Source: Candidatus Cloacimonadales bacterium (GTDB taxonomy: Bacteria; Cloacimonadota; Cloacimonadia; Cloacimonadales; JAIOQZ01). Taken from it: a stretch of 64,000 nucleotides of DNA. The notes beneath the pieces were generated by a model, which worked only from the letters and a program-made list of their open reading frames with translations, did not search any database and was not told the DNA's origin. Position 1 is the stretch's first letter. Every line of letters begins with the position of its first letter. A program made the position numbers and the translations under genes. The DNA lies in contig CAXXTU010000002.1 in NCBI GenBank assembly GCA_963662655.2, forward strand, positions 896,001-960,000. The letters are read 5' to 3'. Shown here one piece after another: positions 49,317 to 58,924 of this stretch.

Positions 49317-50896
49317 ATTACATCCTTGTCTCTATAGACGATCTCGCCATCGATGATCGTCATGCGGGAACGGGCTTCCAGCCAGAACTCGTCAGGCTGC
49401 ATTGTAAAATCGTCCAGCACGATCAAGTCGGCGAGCTTCCCCGGGGTAATCGATCCCAGCATCTTCTCGCTGCACGATCCTTTGGCGGCATCGATGGTGA
49501 ACGCCCGTAAGGCTTCCATGACGGTTATCCTTTCCTCGGGATACCAGGACGGATTGGCCGGATCGTTGCGGAACTTCCGTTGCAAAGCCGAGTAGATGCA
49601 CAGAAACGGATTGATGCTCTCGACGGGCGCGTCCGAGCCGAAGCCGATGGGGACGCCTTCGTCGATCAAAGTACGGAAACGGTACGAGTATTTCGCCGCG
49701 TCACCCCAGTAGCGGTCGGTTGTGCCGGCGTCCATCTTGATGTGAATGGGCTGCATCGCGCAGTAGGCTTTGCTCTCCTTTAGCGCGGGAACATCCTCAG
49801 GCCGGATGCACTGCAAGTGCTCGATTCGATGGAAGAGGTCTCCGTAATCATTGCGTACGCGATTGATCGTTTGAATCACTCGGTGAACCGCCTCGTCGCC
49901 AATCGCGTGGATGGACGACGCGATCCCGTGCCTGGCCCCTTTGGCAACCAGTTCGTCGAGTTCGTCCGGCTCTACGATATACACGCCCCTCCCCCCGTCC
50001 GGATATGGATGAAACATGCGCGCGGTCTGCGAGCCGATGGAGCCGTCGAAGAAGAGCTTCTGACCGCAGATTTTGAACCGTTCGTCACCGGTGTAGGAGC
50101 GAACACCTTTCTCGATCATTTCATCGGCGATGGCGTACGGGAAATGCCAGAAGAAGCGGAAATGAAAGCCGTGATCCACGCAACCGCGGAATAGCCTCGC
50201 CGCACGCCTGGAATCCATGAAGTGCACGCCGGAGAGCCCGAGCTTCCACATCTCACGGATCGTTTCGTTTGCCGCATTGAGCATCAGGTCGTGTTCGTAT
50301 GGCGGCCGCACGGATTCGATGAGCTTCCAGGCCTTTTCATAGAGGAATCCGTTTAAATGGCCGTTGGGGAACCGCCCGAGCTTTCCACCCGGAGGATCGG
50401 GGCTGTCTTTGTGGATTCCGGCTGTCTTCAGAGCGAGCGAGTTGCACCACAACGAGTGCAAATCCTTACTTTTGATAGTGACGGGGACATCGGGAAAGAT
50501 TCTGTCCAGAAACGTGTAATCGAATCCCTCAAGGGAAGGATAGACGTTCTTGTCCCAGCCGCTACCTCCGATCCAAACGGGCAGCCTTTCCTGACGATCT
50601 CTCCAGTCGATGAGGATTTCCTCAACCTCTTCTAGCGACTGCGCGCTGTCCAGATCGACATCGAATTTAAGGCGCACCACATTGTAGAAATGGGTATGCG
50701 TATCGATCATCGCCGGCAGGAGCACGCGTCCGTTCAAGTTGATTGACTGGCAATCCGGCCTGGCGATCGCTTCCAGATCGTCCTTCGATCCGACTGCATG
50801 TATCTTGCCGTCGCGGATCAGGACAGCTTGCGCGTCGTAAATCGACGAATCCATCGTAAGGATGCTTCCGCCAAAGAATAGCAAATCTGTATTCAT
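49313..50896 (-). CDS. Amidohydrolase 3 family (YtcJ-like)
   Basis: DTHTH, HAIGD, HRIEH, GSDAPVE, GKLADLIVLD; ATG at 50896 follows GGAG. Confidence 0.9.
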   Translation of the reverse strand: MNTDLLFFGGSILTMDSSIYDAQAVLIRDGKIHAVGSKDDLEAIARPDCQSINLNGRVLLPAMIDTHTHFYNVVRLKFDVDLDSAQSLEEVEEILIDWRDRQERLPVWIGGSGWDKNVYPSLEGFDYTFLDRIFPDVPVTIKSKDLHSLWCNSLALKTAGIHKDSPDPPGGKLGRFPNGHLNGFLYEKAWKLIESVRPPYEHDLMLNAANETIREMWKLGLSGVHFMDSRRAARLFRGCVDHGFHFRFFWHFPYAIADEMIEKGVRSYTGDERFKICGQKLFFDGSIGSQTARMFHPYPDGGRGVYIVEPDELDELVAKGARHGIASSIHAIGDEAVHRVIQTINRVRNDYGDLFHRIEHLQCIRPEDVPALKESKAYCAMQPIHIKMDAGTTDRYWGDAAKYSYRFRTLIDEGVPIGFGSDAPVESINPFLCIYSALQRKFRNDPANPSWYPEERITVMEALRAFTIDAAKGSCSEKMLGSITPGKLADLIVLDDFTMQPDEFWLEARSRMTIIDGEIVYRDKDVM

Positions 50897-51008
50897 GATC
50901 TCTCCAGTCCAGAGCAAATTCATCTGAAATCTTTTTGAAAGAAGATATTTTCATTGACTGTTCAAAAGCCATGTCAATTAAGTGAAGAAAAAAATTGAAA
51001 GGCTGCTT

Positions 51009-52232
51009 ATGTCAATCCAGAATTTGTACTCGAACCTAACCGTTAACATGAAATCGTCTATGATTCGTGATCTCGTGCATCAAACAAAGGGCGTTCCCGG
51101 AATGATTTCCTTCGCCGGAGGATTCCCTTCACCCAAGACTTTTCCCACTCGAAAACTCGCTGATGTGTTCGAAGAAGTTGTAGCCACCGAAGGCGTTGAC
51201 GTGCTTCAGTACGGCGCAAGCGAAGGCGATACGCACCTGAAAAAACAGATTTTGAAACACGAAGGGATGAAAGAAGTCACGGAAAAAGAACTTCTGATCA
51301 CTGCGGGAGCCACCAATGGCCTGTACCTCTACACCCGTACGTTTATCGATGTCGGCGACGTGATTTTTACCGAAGCGCCCAGCTTCGTCGGTTCGCTGGT
51401 AGCCTTTGAAGGCGCCGGCGCGGAACTCGCCCCCGTCGAAATGGACGATCACGGAATGCGTGTGGACCTGCTGAAAAAATCGTATGAGGAAGTCATCGCA
51501 GCAGGGAAACGCCCGAAATTCATCTACCTGATTCCGGAATTCCAGAATCCGACAGGCATCAGCATGACACTCGAGCGCAAGCGTGAAATCATCGCCTTCG
51601 CTATCGAGAAAGGTCTGCTCATTCTCGAAGACAATCCTTACGGTGAGCTTCGTTATGCGGGGAACGTAATTCCATCGCTCTTCGAAATCGCCCGCAGGGA
51701 ATTCGACAACATCGAAACCGTTACGATGGTGAAATCGTTCTCGAAGCTTCTGGGACCCGGCCTCCGGCTTGCCTATATCATGAGCTACGCGCCGGTGATC
51801 TCGAAGATGTGCTCCTGGATTCAAAAAGTAAGCGTTACCCCCGAGTGCATCGTGCAACGCGCGATCGCGAGATATATGGAGAAAGGCGAGTTCGAGCCGC
51901 ATGTTGATTCGGTGAAGTCCTTCTACCACACCCAGTGTAAAGCCATGCTTGACACACTTGAAGAATCCATGCCTTCATACATTACATGGACAAAACCCGA
52001 GGGCGGAATGTTTATCTGGATCACGCTGCCGGAAACCATGAACGGCGACGAGCTCTTCACCGAAGCGCTCAAGCACAAAGTGGCGTTTGTTCCGGGCAGT
52101 AAGTTCTACCCGACCGGGCACGAAAAGTTCAACGCGATCCGCCTGAACTACTCCTACGCGACGGTCGAACAGATCCACGAGGGCGTAAAACGCCTGGCCG
52201 TACTGATTCGCGAACAGGGCGGCGAAGAATAA
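51009..52232 (+). CDS. PLP-dependent aminotransferase class I/II (LysN/AvtA-like)
   Basis: ISFAGGFP, FQNPTG, EDNPYGEL, SFSKLLGPGLRL, PEGGMFIW. Confidence 0.9.
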   Translation: MSIQNLYSNLTVNMKSSMIRDLVHQTKGVPGMISFAGGFPSPKTFPTRKLADVFEEVVATEGVDVLQYGASEGDTHLKKQILKHEGMKEVTEKELLITAGATNGLYLYTRTFIDVGDVIFTEAPSFVGSLVAFEGAGAELAPVEMDDHGMRVDLLKKSYEEVIAAGKRPKFIYLIPEFQNPTGISMTLERKREIIAFAIEKGLLILEDNPYGELRYAGNVIPSLFEIARREFDNIETVTMVKSFSKLLGPGLRLAYIMSYAPVISKMCSWIQKVSVTPECIVQRAIARYMEKGEFEPHVDSVKSFYHTQCKAMLDTLEESMPSYITWTKPEGGMFIWITLPETMNGDELFTEALKHKVAFVPGSKFYPTGHEKFNAIRLNYSYATVEQIHEGVKRLAVLIREQGGEE

Positions 52233-52269
52233 TTTAATTTCCGTCATGAAATACATTCTGGAGGTGATG

Positions 52270-53574
52270 ATGTATAATCCCGTAGAATTAATCATCCGAA
52301 AACGCATGGGAGAAGAGCTCTCCCCCGAGGAAATCCGCTGGTTCATCGAGGGCTATCTGGCTGGCCGGATCCCAGAATACCAGATGTCGGCGCTCCTCAT
52401 GGCGATATTTTTCAGGAGCATGAAACCCGAGGAAGCGCGAACGCTTACGAAGGTCTATATCGAATCGGGAAAACGCATCACATTTCCTGAAGACTGGCAT
52501 ACGGTCGACAAACACTCCACCGGTGGCGTAGGCGACAAAATCACGTTGCCGCTCGCACCGCTCGTCGCGGCCTGCGGGATGAAAATCCCCATGATATCCG
52601 GACGCGGCCTGGGCCACACCGGCGGAACGCTGGACAAGCTCGATGCCATCGCCGGAATGCGGACCGACTTCTCCGAAGAGCAATTCAAGAAGATGGTGGA
52701 AGAAATCGGTTTCGCGATCATCAGCCAGTCCGGTGAGCTCGTTCCGGCCGATCGTCGCATCTACGCGCTACGGGATGTGACCGGAACGGTGGAAAGCCTG
52801 CCGTTGATCACCGCCAGCATCATGAGTAAGAAAATTGCGGAAGGCGCGCAGAACCTGGTTATCGATCTTAAAGTCGGGTCCGGGGCCTTTATAAAAACCA
52901 TCGAGCAAGCAGAGGAACTGGCATCCCTGATGATGTCTGTGGGCCGGCAGCTCGGGCAAAAGATATCGGTGGTCTACACGGATATGAATTCGCCCATCGG
53001 CTGGTACGCGGGTAACGCGCTGGAGCTCAAAGAGACCATCGAGTACCTGCGCGGCGATCCGAACGAGGACGTCGATCTCATCACCAAGGCGTTGGGCGAG
53101 CAAATGCTGCTCATCGCCGGAAAGGCCGAAACCAGAGAGCAGGCTCGCAAAATGCTCGACGAGGTTCACGACAGCGGCAAAGCGCTGGAGAAATTCAGGG
53201 AGTTCATCGAACGCCAGGGCGGAAACCCGGCTGTATGCGACGACCTCTCGCTACTTCCTGCCGCCAAGTTCGAGCTTCCGATCATCGCCAAGGAGAGCGG
53301 TTGGATCGAATCGATCAACAGCCAGGCGATCGGCTACGCGCTGGTCGATCTTGGCGCGGGAAGAAAAACGCTCGATTCGAAACTCGACTACGCCACGGGC
53401 GCGTATCTCCCGAAGAAGATCGGGCACGAGACTGAGGCAGGTGACCCCATGGGATTGGTCTACGCCAACGATGAGGAGACCGGAAAGCTCGTTGCGAACC
53501 GCATCGCGGAGGCGTACAAGATCAGCGCGAGCTACGTGGAAACCCGGAATCGCATCATCAAGATTCAGGACTGA
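52270..53574 (+). CDS. pdp: Pyrimidine-nucleoside/thymidine phosphorylase
   Basis: DKHSTGGVGDK, SGRGLGHTGGTLDKL, IYALRDVTGTV, SIMSKKIA; GGAGG before the ATG at 52270. Confidence 0.93.
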   Translation: MYNPVELIIRKRMGEELSPEEIRWFIEGYLAGRIPEYQMSALLMAIFFRSMKPEEARTLTKVYIESGKRITFPEDWHTVDKHSTGGVGDKITLPLAPLVAACGMKIPMISGRGLGHTGGTLDKLDAIAGMRTDFSEEQFKKMVEEIGFAIISQSGELVPADRRIYALRDVTGTVESLPLITASIMSKKIAEGAQNLVIDLKVGSGAFIKTIEQAEELASLMMSVGRQLGQKISVVYTDMNSPIGWYAGNALELKETIEYLRGDPNEDVDLITKALGEQMLLIAGKAETREQARKMLDEVHDSGKALEKFREFIERQGGNPAVCDDLSLLPAAKFELPIIAKESGWIESINSQAIGYALVDLGAGRKTLDSKLDYATGAYLPKKIGHETEAGDPMGLVYANDEETGKLVANRIAEAYKISASYVETRNRIIKIQD

Positions 53575-53577
53575 CCC

Positions 53578-54168
53578 ATGCCCAGGTTGACGCTCCTTAT
53601 CGTCCTGCTGACCGCATCGATGCTCCTGAACGCCGAGATCAAGTTTATTCCGGGATTCCAGTTCAACATCAGCACAGCGCCTGTCGTCGACCGGATCCGC
53701 GTCGAGCATCCCGACGGACGCAAGGACGCGCTGGACGCCAGCGGCTCCATCGGATTCATCTTCGAGCCCGGATACCAGTTCATTCAGGAGAGATACGAGG
53801 TTCGGCTCTCTTCCGGGATCGGCTTCCTGCACAACAACCTTTTCAACAGCGGCTACTTTTCACTCGAAAGTAGCCTTCTTTTTCCTACGGGGACAAGCCT
53901 GAGCGTCGGGCCGCACCTTGGGGCCTTTTATCTGCTTTCCGCCTGGGACGGCGAGGACACCAGCAGCGACGACGTCTCTCTCGAAATGAACCAACCCGCC
54001 TACCTGATTGGCGTCAGCATCACCTCTCTGGGATTCGGTACCCGTTTGATCGGCTCGCTGGACTACGTTTTCGGCGAGATCGATGTGAAGGGACACGGGG
54101 GCTGGGTTCCCGATACGGATCACATCAATTATCAGGGATTGTCTCTCAGGATGGGTCTGGGATTTTAA
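53578..54168 (+). CDS. Putative outer-membrane beta-barrel protein (paralog 1 of 5)
   Basis: Signal peptide, alternating Gly/aromatic strands, ends GLSLRMGLGF. Confidence 0.65.
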   Translation: MPRLTLLIVLLTASMLLNAEIKFIPGFQFNISTAPVVDRIRVEHPDGRKDALDASGSIGFIFEPGYQFIQERYEVRLSSGIGFLHNNLFNSGYFSLESSLLFPTGTSLSVGPHLGAFYLLSAWDGEDTSSDDVSLEMNQPAYLIGVSITSLGFGTRLIGSLDYVFGEIDVKGHGGWVPDTDHINYQGLSLRMGLGF

Positions 54169-54265
54169 CACCATAAGGATGAAAGCCGATATCACCGATT
54201 AATCAACACGGGAGGTTAGCTTCTGCGCCTTAGATTCAATATCAAAAGTATGCAAGGAGCGGAGT

Positions 54266-54898
54266 ATGGATCGAACCTCGAGATGTATCTCAGTATTCGC
54301 TATGTTCGTTATCTGCGCCGCACTCTCCGGCTTTGAGGGCGAGTTTCACCTGGGATTCAAGCATCTGTATCACCATCTGTCTGCGGATGAGTTTAAGGTA
54401 GAGCGAAAAGAACCGTCGCACAGCATAATCGACCTGTCAGGCTTCGGAGACGATTTCGCAATCTCCGGCCCGGGCGTACAGCTTTACTCCATGTACAGCA
54501 TAGAAGCGCCTTACGTTTTCATCAATACGAATGTGGCTTATGGTGCGTTTCTGGCAGGGCATTTCGCCGTTTACATGCTCTCGTTTGAATCTTCCTGCCT
54601 CTATGCGGCGACCGATTCACTACAGTTTGGCCTGACCGGCGGCTTGAATTACACGAGAGCGGAACATAATTACAGCGAACAGGTCGATCTCGATATCGAG
54701 GCTAGGAATCCGGGCACGTTCTATGGCGTGCGTGTTCAGTTCAAATGGGAGCACGTCCGCATGGAATTAAGCGTTATACGTCACAACATCGTTTACGACT
54801 ACACCATCAGCGACGACTATGTCGGTTCCGCAGATAAAATAGACCTTTCGGGTATAACTCTCAGTCTTGGCATGTCATTCAGGTTATTCGGGCATTGA
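54266..54898 (+). CDS. Putative outer-membrane beta-barrel protein (paralog 2 of 5)
   Basis: Signal peptide, FKVE and PG motifs, ends DLSGITLSLGMSFRLFGH. Confidence 0.6.
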   Translation: MDRTSRCISVFAMFVICAALSGFEGEFHLGFKHLYHHLSADEFKVERKEPSHSIIDLSGFGDDFAISGPGVQLYSMYSIEAPYVFINTNVAYGAFLAGHFAVYMLSFESSCLYAATDSLQFGLTGGLNYTRAEHNYSEQVDLDIEARNPGTFYGVRVQFKWEHVRMELSVIRHNIVYDYTISDDYVGSADKIDLSGITLSLGMSFRLFGH

Positions 54899-54977
54899 GC
54901 AATATCGACTTTTCCTTGACATAATTATCATTCGCTTATGAATCTGACAATTCATTACATTCGGAACGGAAATTGGC

Positions 54978-55592
54978 ATGAAAAGAAATCTCGTCGTATT
55001 GTTATTCGTTCTGTTGTTACCACTCGTTTTAGTTGCAGAAAATCGTTTTTATCTGAACCTGCGTGAAGTGACACTGCTCTGTCCCGACATTCAAGGCTTT
55101 GAAGTAGAAGATACCGATGGTGGCAGCTGGTATAGCGATGAAGCATCTTCAGTGGAAATTACCGGCAATTCAGGCATTGGTTTGGCAATAGCCCCAGGCG
55201 CTGCCATCGATACACAATTCATGAGAATCAACGTTTCCGCAGGATTGGGATATATGTTCTTCGCGGCATTCGGAACAAGCACCGTTTCGGGCGAGCTGGA
55301 GCTTCTCTTCAAGAATGGAGAACGCTTCTTGATCGGGCCGCGCGCCGCAATTCTATTCTATTCCCCAAGCTGGATCGTGGACGGCGATGTCTCTCTCTCT
55401 TCCTACGATCCGGGATTTCAATTCGGCCTCGGGATGTATGGATCGTTCACCAAGCTCGATGTCGGAGGAAGCCTCAACTACCAGACCGGCGCTTTCGGTG
55501 TGAAGACAGATAATGGCTGGGTCGCAAGCGATGATGAATTGAATATCTCGGGTGTTGCTCTGCAAATCGGTATTCGTTTCAAAACACAGTAA
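54978..55592 (+). CDS. Putative outer-membrane beta-barrel protein (paralog 3 of 5)
   Basis: Signal peptide, GPRAAILFYSPSW, GWVASDDELNISGVALQIGIRF. Confidence 0.68.
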   Translation: MKRNLVVLLFVLLLPLVLVAENRFYLNLREVTLLCPDIQGFEVEDTDGGSWYSDEASSVEITGNSGIGLAIAPGAAIDTQFMRINVSAGLGYMFFAAFGTSTVSGELELLFKNGERFLIGPRAAILFYSPSWIVDGDVSLSSYDPGFQFGLGMYGSFTKLDVGGSLNYQTGAFGVKTDNGWVASDDELNISGVALQIGIRFKTQ

Positions 55593-55654
55593 GCGATAAA
55601 CGTTATTGGCAGTCACCACGTGGCTGCCATTTTCCACTTCATTCAGGAGCCCTT

Positions 55655-56245
55655 ATGATATTCCGGCAAATGTTGTTGGCAATGGTAATGTTTCTTCCGG
55701 TCGTTTGCGCCGCGGAAAACTATTTATACCTCAACGTCAAAGAGATGTTTCTGCTGAGTCAACAAGCGAGCCGCTTCGAGGTAGAACGAGGTGACCGTAC
55801 GGTCGATACCGGACGTCTTTATGGCTTAGGTGTAACGCAATACGCCGGTGTCGCGTTTGATCAGCCAAATGTAAGGATCAATCTTGGGGGCGGCGTCGGC
55901 TACCTGAACTACGGAAACTTCGATACCGGCATTTTCGCCGGACAATTAGAGGTGTTCATGAAGCTGGAGGATCAGTTGATGTTCGGACCGTGCCTGGAAA
56001 TCCAGTTCTATTCTCCTCACTGGTGGCCGGACGACGACATCGAGTTGACATCGAAGGCTCCGGGATTCCTCATTGGACTTGGACTGAATAGTTGTATGAG
56101 ATTTGCCGATATCGCACTACAAGCAGGCTATCTTGCCGGAAAGTTCGATGTGGAATCCAAGAATCGCTATTACAATGACAAGTGCGAACTGAATTTCTCG
56201 GGCGTTGCTTTGAACTTCAGTATAAGATTCAAGAACAGAATTTAG
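55655..56245 (+). CDS. Putative outer-membrane beta-barrel protein (paralog 4 of 5)
   Basis: Signal peptide, GPCLEIQFYSPHW, ELNFSGVALNFSIRF. Confidence 0.65.
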   Translation: MIFRQMLLAMVMFLPVVCAAENYLYLNVKEMFLLSQQASRFEVERGDRTVDTGRLYGLGVTQYAGVAFDQPNVRINLGGGVGYLNYGNFDTGIFAGQLEVFMKLEDQLMFGPCLEIQFYSPHWWPDDDIELTSKAPGFLIGLGLNSCMRFADIALQAGYLAGKFDVESKNRYYNDKCELNFSGVALNFSIRFKNRI

Positions 56246-56351
56246 TCAACCTGCTTCTGTGAAATTTGCGTTTACCACGTTTTTTCTCTTGACCTTTCTA
56301 TGGATTTCAAAGCAGAAAGAATTATTGTGAAATAACCAATCAGGAGTTCTT

Positions 56352-56963
56352 ATGAAAATCAAGCTTGGAATGCTTCTTTTACTTGTCGTATTACCGTTGT
56401 TCTGCTTTGCCAAAGTGGATTTTATCCTGGGCATCAAAGAAATGACCCTTATCAGCCCCGACATCGACGGATTTAAAGTCGAAAGCCATGATTCGGGCAG
56501 CTATTACTACTACGAAGAATCCGCGGAGATCGAAGGCTTCTCGTCGGTTGGCGCGATCCTCAACATGGGGCTGGGAATCGAGACCCGTTACATCGCCGTG
56601 CATCTGACCGGTGGAGCGGGATATGTTTTCAACGGAGCTTTTGGAACCGGAGTTTTCACGGGCGAGACAGACCTCCTCTTCAAGATCGCGCCCCACTTCA
56701 TGATGGGCCCAAGGGCCGGTGTCGCGTTCTATGCGCCATCCTGGATCGCGACGGAGGGCGACGTCACACTCACTTCCGAGGAACCGGGACTCATTGCAGG
56801 CTACAGCATCCAGGCAGCCTGGGACAAGATAAAAGCAGGCGTAAGCGTAGATTATCAGAGCGGCGTGTTCGAAGTGGAGACTGGCAGTGGCTGGCAAGCA
56901 AGCGACGATGAGCTGGACATCTCGGGTGTCGCGGTGCGGCTGGGCGTTACGTTTACGTTCTAG
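56352..56963 (+). CDS. Putative outer-membrane beta-barrel protein (paralog 5 of 5)
   Basis: Signal peptide, GPRAGVAFYAPSW, GWQASDDELDISGVAVRLGVTFTF (terminal Phe). Confidence 0.68.
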   Translation: MKIKLGMLLLLVVLPLFCFAKVDFILGIKEMTLISPDIDGFKVESHDSGSYYYYEESAEIEGFSSVGAILNMGLGIETRYIAVHLTGGAGYVFNGAFGTGVFTGETDLLFKIAPHFMMGPRAGVAFYAPSWIATEGDVTLTSEEPGLIAGYSIQAAWDKIKAGVSVDYQSGVFEVETGSGWQASDDELDISGVAVRLGVTFTF

Positions 56964-56983
56964 GAGAATATCGGTACACTTTC

Positions 56984-57012
56984 AGGCAGTCGTGAATCGG
57001 CTGCCTTTTTTT
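56984..57012 (+). terminator. Rho-independent terminator
   Basis: AGGCAGTCG-TGAAT-CGGCTGCC followed by TTTTTTT. Confidence 0.8.
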
Positions 57013-57051
57013 GTGCGATTTCCGATTCACAGCCTCAAAGTGGAATTTGTG

Positions 57052-57729
57052 TTAGATGTCGAGTTTTGCGAAATTGATTAGGATTTGTTCGTTTTGCGAA
57101 AAATGCTCCTGCGAGACGTCGGAGCTCTGAAGCAGGTTTTTGACGTTTGGATCCTTCAGTATCTTCCTGCGCATCATGTCCCTGCCCTGCTCGATGTTGT
57201 ATTCCGGGTGAAATTGCAGGCCCCACACGGGCAGATCCTTGTACTGCAATGCTTCAACGCCAACGGTTGCAGAGCGGCCGAGGCTCCTGAAATCTTCCGA
57301 AAGGTTTTCGACCGTTTCGTAATGCGATTCGAGAACAACGTAAGGCGATTGCATCCCGTCGAATATCGGTGAGGGCTGGAGCTCGATATCCACGAAACCG
57401 AACTCGGGATTCCTGCCGATACACTCGACGCCCATGATTGCCCGGGCGATCGATTGATGCCCGTAGCAAATACCGAGAACCCCTCTTCCACCGTCGATGA
57501 ACTTGTGAATCGAATCGCTACAGAGGTCATGAATAAAATGCTCATCCCGATGCATGAGTGATGAACCGGAGATGAGCATTCTGCTATATTTTCCAATATC
57601 ATCTAATGGTCGCTGACGCTCGTCGAGCTTGATCATGTCGTATTCGATACCATTCGCAGTGAAAATTCTCTCCATGGATCGATTGAAATTCCCCGAGGGG
57701 CCTACGATGCAGTTCAGGACCAATAGCAT
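57052..57729 (-). CDS. Class I glutamine amidotransferase (GMP synthase GATase-like)
   Basis: LGICYGHQ and GLQFHPE catalytic triad motifs. Confidence 0.9.
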   Translation of the reverse strand: MLLVLNCIVGPSGNFNRSMERIFTANGIEYDMIKLDERQRPLDDIGKYSRMLISGSSLMHRDEHFIHDLCSDSIHKFIDGGRGVLGICYGHQSIARAIMGVECIGRNPEFGFVDIELQPSPIFDGMQSPYVVLESHYETVENLSEDFRSLGRSATVGVEALQYKDLPVWGLQFHPEYNIEQGRDMMRRKILKDPNVKNLLQSSDVSQEHFSQNEQILINFAKLDI

Positions 57730-57738
57730 AATGATTTC

Positions 57739-57987
57739 TTATTCTTCTTCGTCGTTATACCCGTTGAACTCTTTTTCCTCGTCTTCCTCTTCCTCTTCCT
57801 GGAGCTCAGCCTGGTTATCAAGCATTTCTTCCATCTCGTCGAAGAGGTCTTCGTCCTTGATGTCGATGTCATAAATGTAATCGCCACCTGTATAGGCGCC
57901 TTTGACAATCTTCACTTCAGTTCCTTCCGGGAGATTATCAAGCACATAAATGACCTCGTCCATGTACAAACCGGTTAATACAGACAT
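57739..57987 (-). CDS. Small highly acidic hypothetical protein
   Basis: 82 aa, AAGGAGG SD, E/D-rich C-terminus. Confidence 0.7.
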   Translation of the reverse strand: MSVLTGLYMDEVIYVLDNLPEGTEVKIVKGAYTGGDYIYDIDIKDEDLFDEMEEMLDNQAELQEEEEEDEEKEFNGYNDEEE

Positions 57988-58354
57988 TACCGCCTCCTTG
58001 TAAATATGGGTAACGCACTAATTCAATTGGTTTTTTTCTTGTCAAATAAAATTACGAGCGGTTTTCATTTTTCGCAATACCCTGCCATCCCTGAAGTTAT
58101 GACGAGTGGTTTAAGTCTGTTTCTTTCTTGCCGTTATGTGGTTAATCACGGGTATCGATGCAATCGATATCTCGCTCGTACGATCCAGTAGCAGAAATGC
58201 AAAATCATTGCATTTTTGATTGACGTACTACCATCGTTCGTGTGGATTCAGGCACGCCTTGATTTCACTTTCTTAGCTACTTCACGTGGATAATATTGAC
58301 GAAATTTACACACACATATTTTGTTAACAGCGTAAAACTATGTGAGGAGCCACT

Positions 58355-58825
58355 ATGATACGAATCGAAATACCTGGAATGGAGCCGTTCGAGATCAAAT
58401 ATCTCGTCATGGATTACAACGGAACCCTGGCAATCGGAGGCAATCTGATTGAGGGCGTTGCATCCCGGTTCAAAACCCTGAAAGAAACCATGGAGCTTCA
58501 CGTTCTCACTGCCGACACATTCGGCAAAGCCGCCGAGCAACTGGAAAAACTGCCTGTACACCTTCATATTATATCCCAGGATAGACAATCCGAACAAAAG
58601 GCCCAGTATGTCCGGCAACTGGGTTGCGATTCGGTTATCTGTATCGGAAACGGACAGAACGATACGAAAATGCTGCAAGCTTGCCGGCTTTCATTCGCGC
58701 TCATCCAGGCGGAAGGAGCAGCCGTCACGACATTGACATCTGCCAATGTTGTTTACAGTTCGATTATCGACGCTTTAGATTCATTAATATATCTCCGCAG
58801 ACTCTATGCCACGCTCCGTGTGTAG
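58355..58825 (+). CDS. HAD-family hydrolase (soluble P-type ATPase-like)
   Basis: DYNGTLA, LTADTFG, K, IGNGQND motifs. Confidence 0.9.
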   Translation: MIRIEIPGMEPFEIKYLVMDYNGTLAIGGNLIEGVASRFKTLKETMELHVLTADTFGKAAEQLEKLPVHLHIISQDRQSEQKAQYVRQLGCDSVICIGNGQNDTKMLQACRLSFALIQAEGAAVTTLTSANVVYSSIIDALDSLIYLRRLYATLRV

Positions 58826-58924
58826 GTTTCTCGCTTCTTTATAGCAATTTGGCCTCTGCCAGCGGTTTTGGCCTTATTTTTGCTTACTATCTTTTATTAC
58901 CTGACATACTACTAAGGAGGAAAA

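Noticed and set aside
57990..58354. Short palindromes in the divergent intergenic region (GGTATCGAT/ATCGATATC, AAATGCAA/TTGCATTT)
   Set aside because: Short and unlinked, and I could not assemble a consistent structure or known motif from them.
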